From: Rhodothermales bacterium
Lineage (GTDB): Bacteria; Bacteroidota; Rhodothermia; Rhodothermales; BA12
Direction: 5' to 3'
NCBI GenBank assembly: GCA_963793245.1
Contig: CAWBZG010000005.1
Span: 569,050-633,049 of the forward strand
Length of the DNA stretch: 64,000 nt
A program made the position numbers and the translations under genes. The notes under the pieces were generated by a model, which had not been told where the DNA came from, ran no database searches, and saw only the letters and a program-made list of their open reading frames with translations. Below, one piece after another: positions 59,448 to 64,000 of the stretch; the first letter of the stretch is position 1, and every line of letters starts with the position of its first letter.

Positions 59448-60041
59448 GTGGCGGGGACAGGACTGCTGCTGGCCACGCCCGTTTTGGCTGGCGTAGCGCT
59501 TGTGACGCGCTTGGCGATGGGAAGCCCCGTGCTCTTCCGTCAGCGACGCATCGGGCGTAACGAACGTCCCTTTTCGATCGCCAAATTCAGGACGATGAAG
59601 TCCGGTGCCGGATCGGACGCCGAGCGCATGACGACGTTCGGAAGCTTTGTACGGTCGACTTCGCTGGACGAGCTTCCGCAACTGTGGAACGTATTCAAAG
59701 GCGACATGAGCCTGATCGGACCGCGTCCGCTGCTGCCCGAATATCTGCCGTACTACTCGCCCGAGCAGGCGCGGCGGCACGAGGTACGCCCGGGTATTAC
59801 GGGCTGGAGCGCGGTCATGGGGCGCAACACGCTAAGCTGGGACGAGCAACTGGCACACGACGTGTGGTACGTCGACCATCGGTCGCTCTCGCTCGATGCG
59901 CGCATCTTGTGGCGCACCGTATGGACGGTCGTGGCTCGCAAAGACATTGTTCAGGAAGGACAGGCAACGCGTGAGCGCTTCGACGATCACGTACGCGCAC
60001 GCAGCCTGGGAGACGTAAAGCCTGCCGATCAACTCTCCTGA
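59448..60041 (+). CDS. Bacterial sugar transferase (polyprenyl-phosphate glycosyl-1-phosphate transferase, small WbaP/WcaJ-like)
   Basis: PF02397 motifs KFRTM...[21 protein letters not shown]...RPGITGW. The start codon is GTG. Confidence 0.75.
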   Translation: MAGTGLLLATPVLAGVALVTRLAMGSPVLFRQRRIGRNERPFSIAKFRTMKSGAGSDAERMTTFGSFVRSTSLDELPQLWNVFKGDMSLIGPRPLLPEYLPYYSPEQARRHEVRPGITGWSAVMGRNTLSWDEQLAHDVWYVDHRSLSLDARILWRTVWTVVARKDIVQEGQATRERFDDHVRARSLGDVKPADQLS

Positions 60042-60115
60042 CGTTTCGCCTACCAACGGATCGCGCGCGCTGGAGTGGGAGTAGAAAGCGCTTTCTCATC
60101 CAATCCCGTACGCAT

Positions 60116-61354
<1,239 letters not shown>

Positions 61355-61380
61355 GCCGAAACCCATCTGCCAAACCATCC

Positions 61381-61427
61381 GATAAGCTGTCCTCTTCTGA
61401 GCCGAGGGGACAGCTTATCCTTTTGTG
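61381..61427 (+). terminator. Rho-independent terminator after icd
   Basis: Perfect 12-bp stem GATAAGCTGTCC/GGACAGCTTATC followed by CTTTTGTG. Confidence 0.65.
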
Positions 61428-61455
61428 CGTACTGCCCGCCCTTTCTTCAGACCGG

Positions 61456-61854
61456 ATGAACCTCCGCTACCACATCGACCCACAACTGCGCATCGGCGTC
61501 GTGACGTGCTTCGACGTGCTCACCATCGAGACGTTCGAGATTGGAATGGAGCGCCTGACGCGCGACCCGCTGTGGCAATCGGGATTCGGCGAACTGTGGG
61601 ACTGCACCGAGGCGACGGATCTGCGCATCGGGCCTTCTGACCTGCAACGAATGGCCGAGATCGACCACGCATACTCAGACGTAGTCGGAGCAACGGCGAT
61701 GGCAATGCCGTCGTTTGCAGCGCGGTCACTGGCGCAGTCGTACTTCAGCCTGTTTCCGCTCGGACGACCGGCGCGTGTGTTCTCACAGGTCGAGGAAGCG
61801 CGCGCGTGGCTTCTCCACACGATAGCAAGCCTCGGCGGTCCGACGAATGCGTAA
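61456..61854 (+). CDS. Hypothetical protein
   Basis: 132-aa ORF with GC3 bias and no recognisable motifs. Confidence 0.4.
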   Translation: MNLRYHIDPQLRIGVVTCFDVLTIETFEIGMERLTRDPLWQSGFGELWDCTEATDLRIGPSDLQRMAEIDHAYSDVVGATAMAMPSFAARSLAQSYFSLFPLGRPARVFSQVEEARAWLLHTIASLGGPTNA

Positions 61855-61923
61855 CGCCTCCTCCGACCGGGAGCCGACGTACGTCGCCGCATCGTTGGAC
61901 GGGTTCACTCACGAACCTCTGCC

Positions 61924-62316
61924 ATGCGCCTACTCGCCCTACTGCTCCTATTCACCGTCACCGCTTGTACCGAGGACGTGGAAGTCGAAGAAAACCTCGC
62001 TGCCGAGGAAGTGACGGTCGCCGAAGTCCCCGAAATGCCCGCGGCAGCCGAACAACTCGTTGGTACGTGGCGCTCGGACGACGGGCGGGTAGTCACGTTC
62101 GACCGAACCGGCACGATGGTCTCGCCCATACTGGGTGACAGCCAGGTAGCGTTCCGCTTGGCCGTCGATTCGCTCTACGTGTCCGATTCAGACGTGTACG
62201 GCGCGGAGAGCATCACCGACGACCGCCGCTATGCCATTGAGTCGCTAACCGAGGACGCACTCACGCTTGGTCCCGCTGGACTGCCGCTCTCGGGTACGTA
62301 CGCGCGTTCCGACTGA
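61924..62316 (+). CDS. Lipoprotein, hypothetical
   Basis: Lipobox LFTVTAC. Confidence 0.5.
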   Translation: MRLLALLLLFTVTACTEDVEVEENLAAEEVTVAEVPEMPAAAEQLVGTWRSDDGRVVTFDRTGTMVSPILGDSQVAFRLAVDSLYVSDSDVYGAESITDDRRYAIESLTEDALTLGPAGLPLSGTYARSD

Positions 62317-62385
62317 ACCTCGCACGCGTTCCCCTCTATCGCCGACGGAGAACTCTTCTCTGTCGGCGTTTTTGTATCCACCGCC

Positions 62386-62709
62386 ATGCCCCGCATCACC
62401 GACGACGGACAGACCGTCACGCTCGATCTGCACGGCTCGCGCGTCGACGAGGCGCTGCGGATGGCCAAACGAGCGCTCACCCTGTCCGCTCAGCGAGGAC
62501 GAAAGCGTGTCGACTTGGTACACGGCGGATCGACGACGGATGGTGCGACGCACACGATCAAGTCGGCGTTGTACGACTGGCTCGATGGCCCGCAGCCGCC
62601 ACGCGCAGTAAGGAGCGAGCAGCGCACGTACGCCGTTCTATCGCTTCACCTCGACCTGACGACGCGAGCGCAACCGGCTCGGCTCCGCCTAAGCGACGTG
62701 ATGCGGTAG
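62386..62709 (+). CDS. Smr-domain protein
   Basis: LDLHG...VDLVHGGS pattern of the Smr domain. Confidence 0.6.
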   Translation: MPRITDDGQTVTLDLHGSRVDEALRMAKRALTLSAQRGRKRVDLVHGGSTTDGATHTIKSALYDWLDGPQPPRAVRSEQRTYAVLSLHLDLTTRAQPARLRLSDVMR

Positions 62710-62777
62710 CGAACCGAATACCGTCGGAGTTACCAGCCGTCCGCATTTGCCGATGAACGAGGGGAGAGTATCCGCGT

Positions 62778-63644
62778 TTGTATGGAGATCGCGTTATGAC
62801 CTCTATGCACTCTCCCCTCATCGGTATTACCACCTCGTTTGCCAACGGGGAACAGCGGCTGCGCGCCGAATACGTGTCGGCTGTCGAGGCGGGCGGTGGT
62901 GTGCCGCTCGTGCTCCCGACGACGGTGGACCAGACGACCATCGATGCGCTGGCCGACCGGATCGACGGGCTGATCGTAACAGGCGGGCCGTGCGTGGCGA
63001 TGGGTATGGAGGGCGAGCGCCCCGACGATCTCTCCGCCTGCGATCCAGGACGGGACGCGTCGGACACCGCATGGCTTGATGCCGCCGATGCGCGCGACCT
63101 TCCGCTCCTCGGCATCTGCTACGGCATGCAACTGATCAACGCGCGCGCAGGCGGCACGCTCTATTCCGACGTAGAGGCACAGCGCCCCCAAGCGCTCGTT
63201 CACAGCGAAGGACGCGGCGGCCAACCGCACGCGCTGCGTATCGCCCCAGATACGTGTCTGTCGCACATCATGGAGCATGCCGACGAAACGGCTCCCCATC
63301 CGGCCCGCAGCATCTCCGATGATGCCAAAGCACCTGATCTGGTGCAGATCGATCTGGGCATGTTGGAGCCAAACGATCCACAGAACGGCTTCGGCCCGCT
63401 CACCGTCAATACCGTCCATGTGCAAGCCATACGAACCGTAGGGCGCGGACTACGCCCGTCGGCGACGGCTCCGGACGGCGTCGTGGAGGCGATCGAATCG
63501 CTCGACGGGCGGATCGTTGCCACCCAGTTTCACCCCGAGCGGCTAGGCCAAACGTGGCATCCTCTCTTTTCCGATCTAGCGCAGCGTGCCCGCACGTACC
63601 GATCTTCCGCCGCCGCGCTCGCCCCTCTCCCCTCCCTCACGTAA
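62778..63644 (+). CDS. Class-I glutamine amidotransferase-like peptidase C26 (γ-glutamyl hydrolase/PuuD family)
   Basis: PLIGIT...GLIVTGG...LGICYGMQLIN motifs. The true start is possibly at 62796 or 62805. Confidence 0.7.
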   Translation: MYGDRVMTSMHSPLIGITTSFANGEQRLRAEYVSAVEAGGGVPLVLPTTVDQTTIDALADRIDGLIVTGGPCVAMGMEGERPDDLSACDPGRDASDTAWLDAADARDLPLLGICYGMQLINARAGGTLYSDVEAQRPQALVHSEGRGGQPHALRIAPDTCLSHIMEHADETAPHPARSISDDAKAPDLVQIDLGMLEPNDPQNGFGPLTVNTVHVQAIRTVGRGLRPSATAPDGVVEAIESLDGRIVATQFHPERLGQTWHPLFSDLAQRARTYRSSAAALAPLPSLT

Positions 63645-63656
63645 CGACCTCTCTTC

Positions 63657-64000
63657 ATGCAGTACGACGACCTAAACCGCCCCCCCTCCGACCCCGACGA
63701 CGACGCGCTGCGCGGAGGATATTCTACCGAAGAGTCCGCTCAGATTTCAGCCGAGCGCACGCCGGGCAATCAGCAGGCCGAGTCGTTCACGCCCGATCCC
63801 GAGAAGAAGAAGCGGAAGCTGGCGTTTCGTGCCGCGGCTCTCACGTCGGTCGCTGTTTTGCTGATGCTCGCCGTTACGGGACGGCTTGAAGCGCTCGTCG
63901 AAAGCGTGCGCAACGCGGTTACGCCAGTGGTAGAGATCGCTGCTACCGAACCTGCTGCTCCCGCTGCGCCAGTCGCCCTGAAGTTTACCACGCTCGATTC
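63657..64000 (+). CDS. Hypothetical protein, 3'-truncated by the window end
   Basis: Open frame from the ATG at 63657 to the window end. It has GC3 bias and one predicted TM helix. Confidence 0.35.
   Translation, partial: MQYDDLNRPPSDPDDDALRGGYSTEESAQISAERTPGNQQAESFTPDPEKKKRKLAFRAAALTSVAVLLMLAVTGRLEALVESVRNAVTPVVEIAATEPAAPAAPVALKFTTLD

Overview
This is a high-GC (about 66%) bacterial chromosomal window that is origin-proximal, starting inside dnaA and followed by dnaN. Gene content looks Bacteroidota/Rhodothermia-like: a flotillin–NfeD module, a DUF3667 protein, a folP–cdaA linkage and TolC/MlaC-like genes. This lineage call is low-confidence. The window is densely coding with about 70 genes. 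Housekeeping genes include dnaA, dnaN, gyrA, gdhA, tRNA-Ser, hisG, hisE, pcm, phhA, acyP, htpX, prmC, icd, a 2-oxo-acid dehydrogenase E1α/E1β/E2 operon, and glgB/glgP. Signalling and stress genes include a flhF–flhG–fliA cassette directly after dnaN, a hybrid histidine kinase, an OmpR-type response regulator with its histidine kinase, hsp20 and a FecR-like protein. Envelope genes include TolC-like, MlaC-like, flotillin–NfeD, a KefC-like antiporter, glycosyltransferases and a sugar transferase. No CRISPR array, IS element, integrase or rRNA was seen. Several stretches merit a second look. Two tandem EutN/CcmL/PduN-like (BMC vertex) paralogs head the folP–cdaA–pcm operon, with no shell proteins nearby. 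A run of single-nucleotide frameshifts sits within about 2.4 kb: folP has three, cdaA one and the NfeD-like gene one. The TolC-like gene carries one further frameshift. Two copies of an ~80-nt structured intergenic repeat lie between the 2-oxo-acid dehydrogenase genes. FlhF has a degenerate GTPase G3 motif and is placed at the origin. Several perfect palindromes occur in regulatory spacers. A tandem-AP2-domain protein follows an AT-rich spacer.
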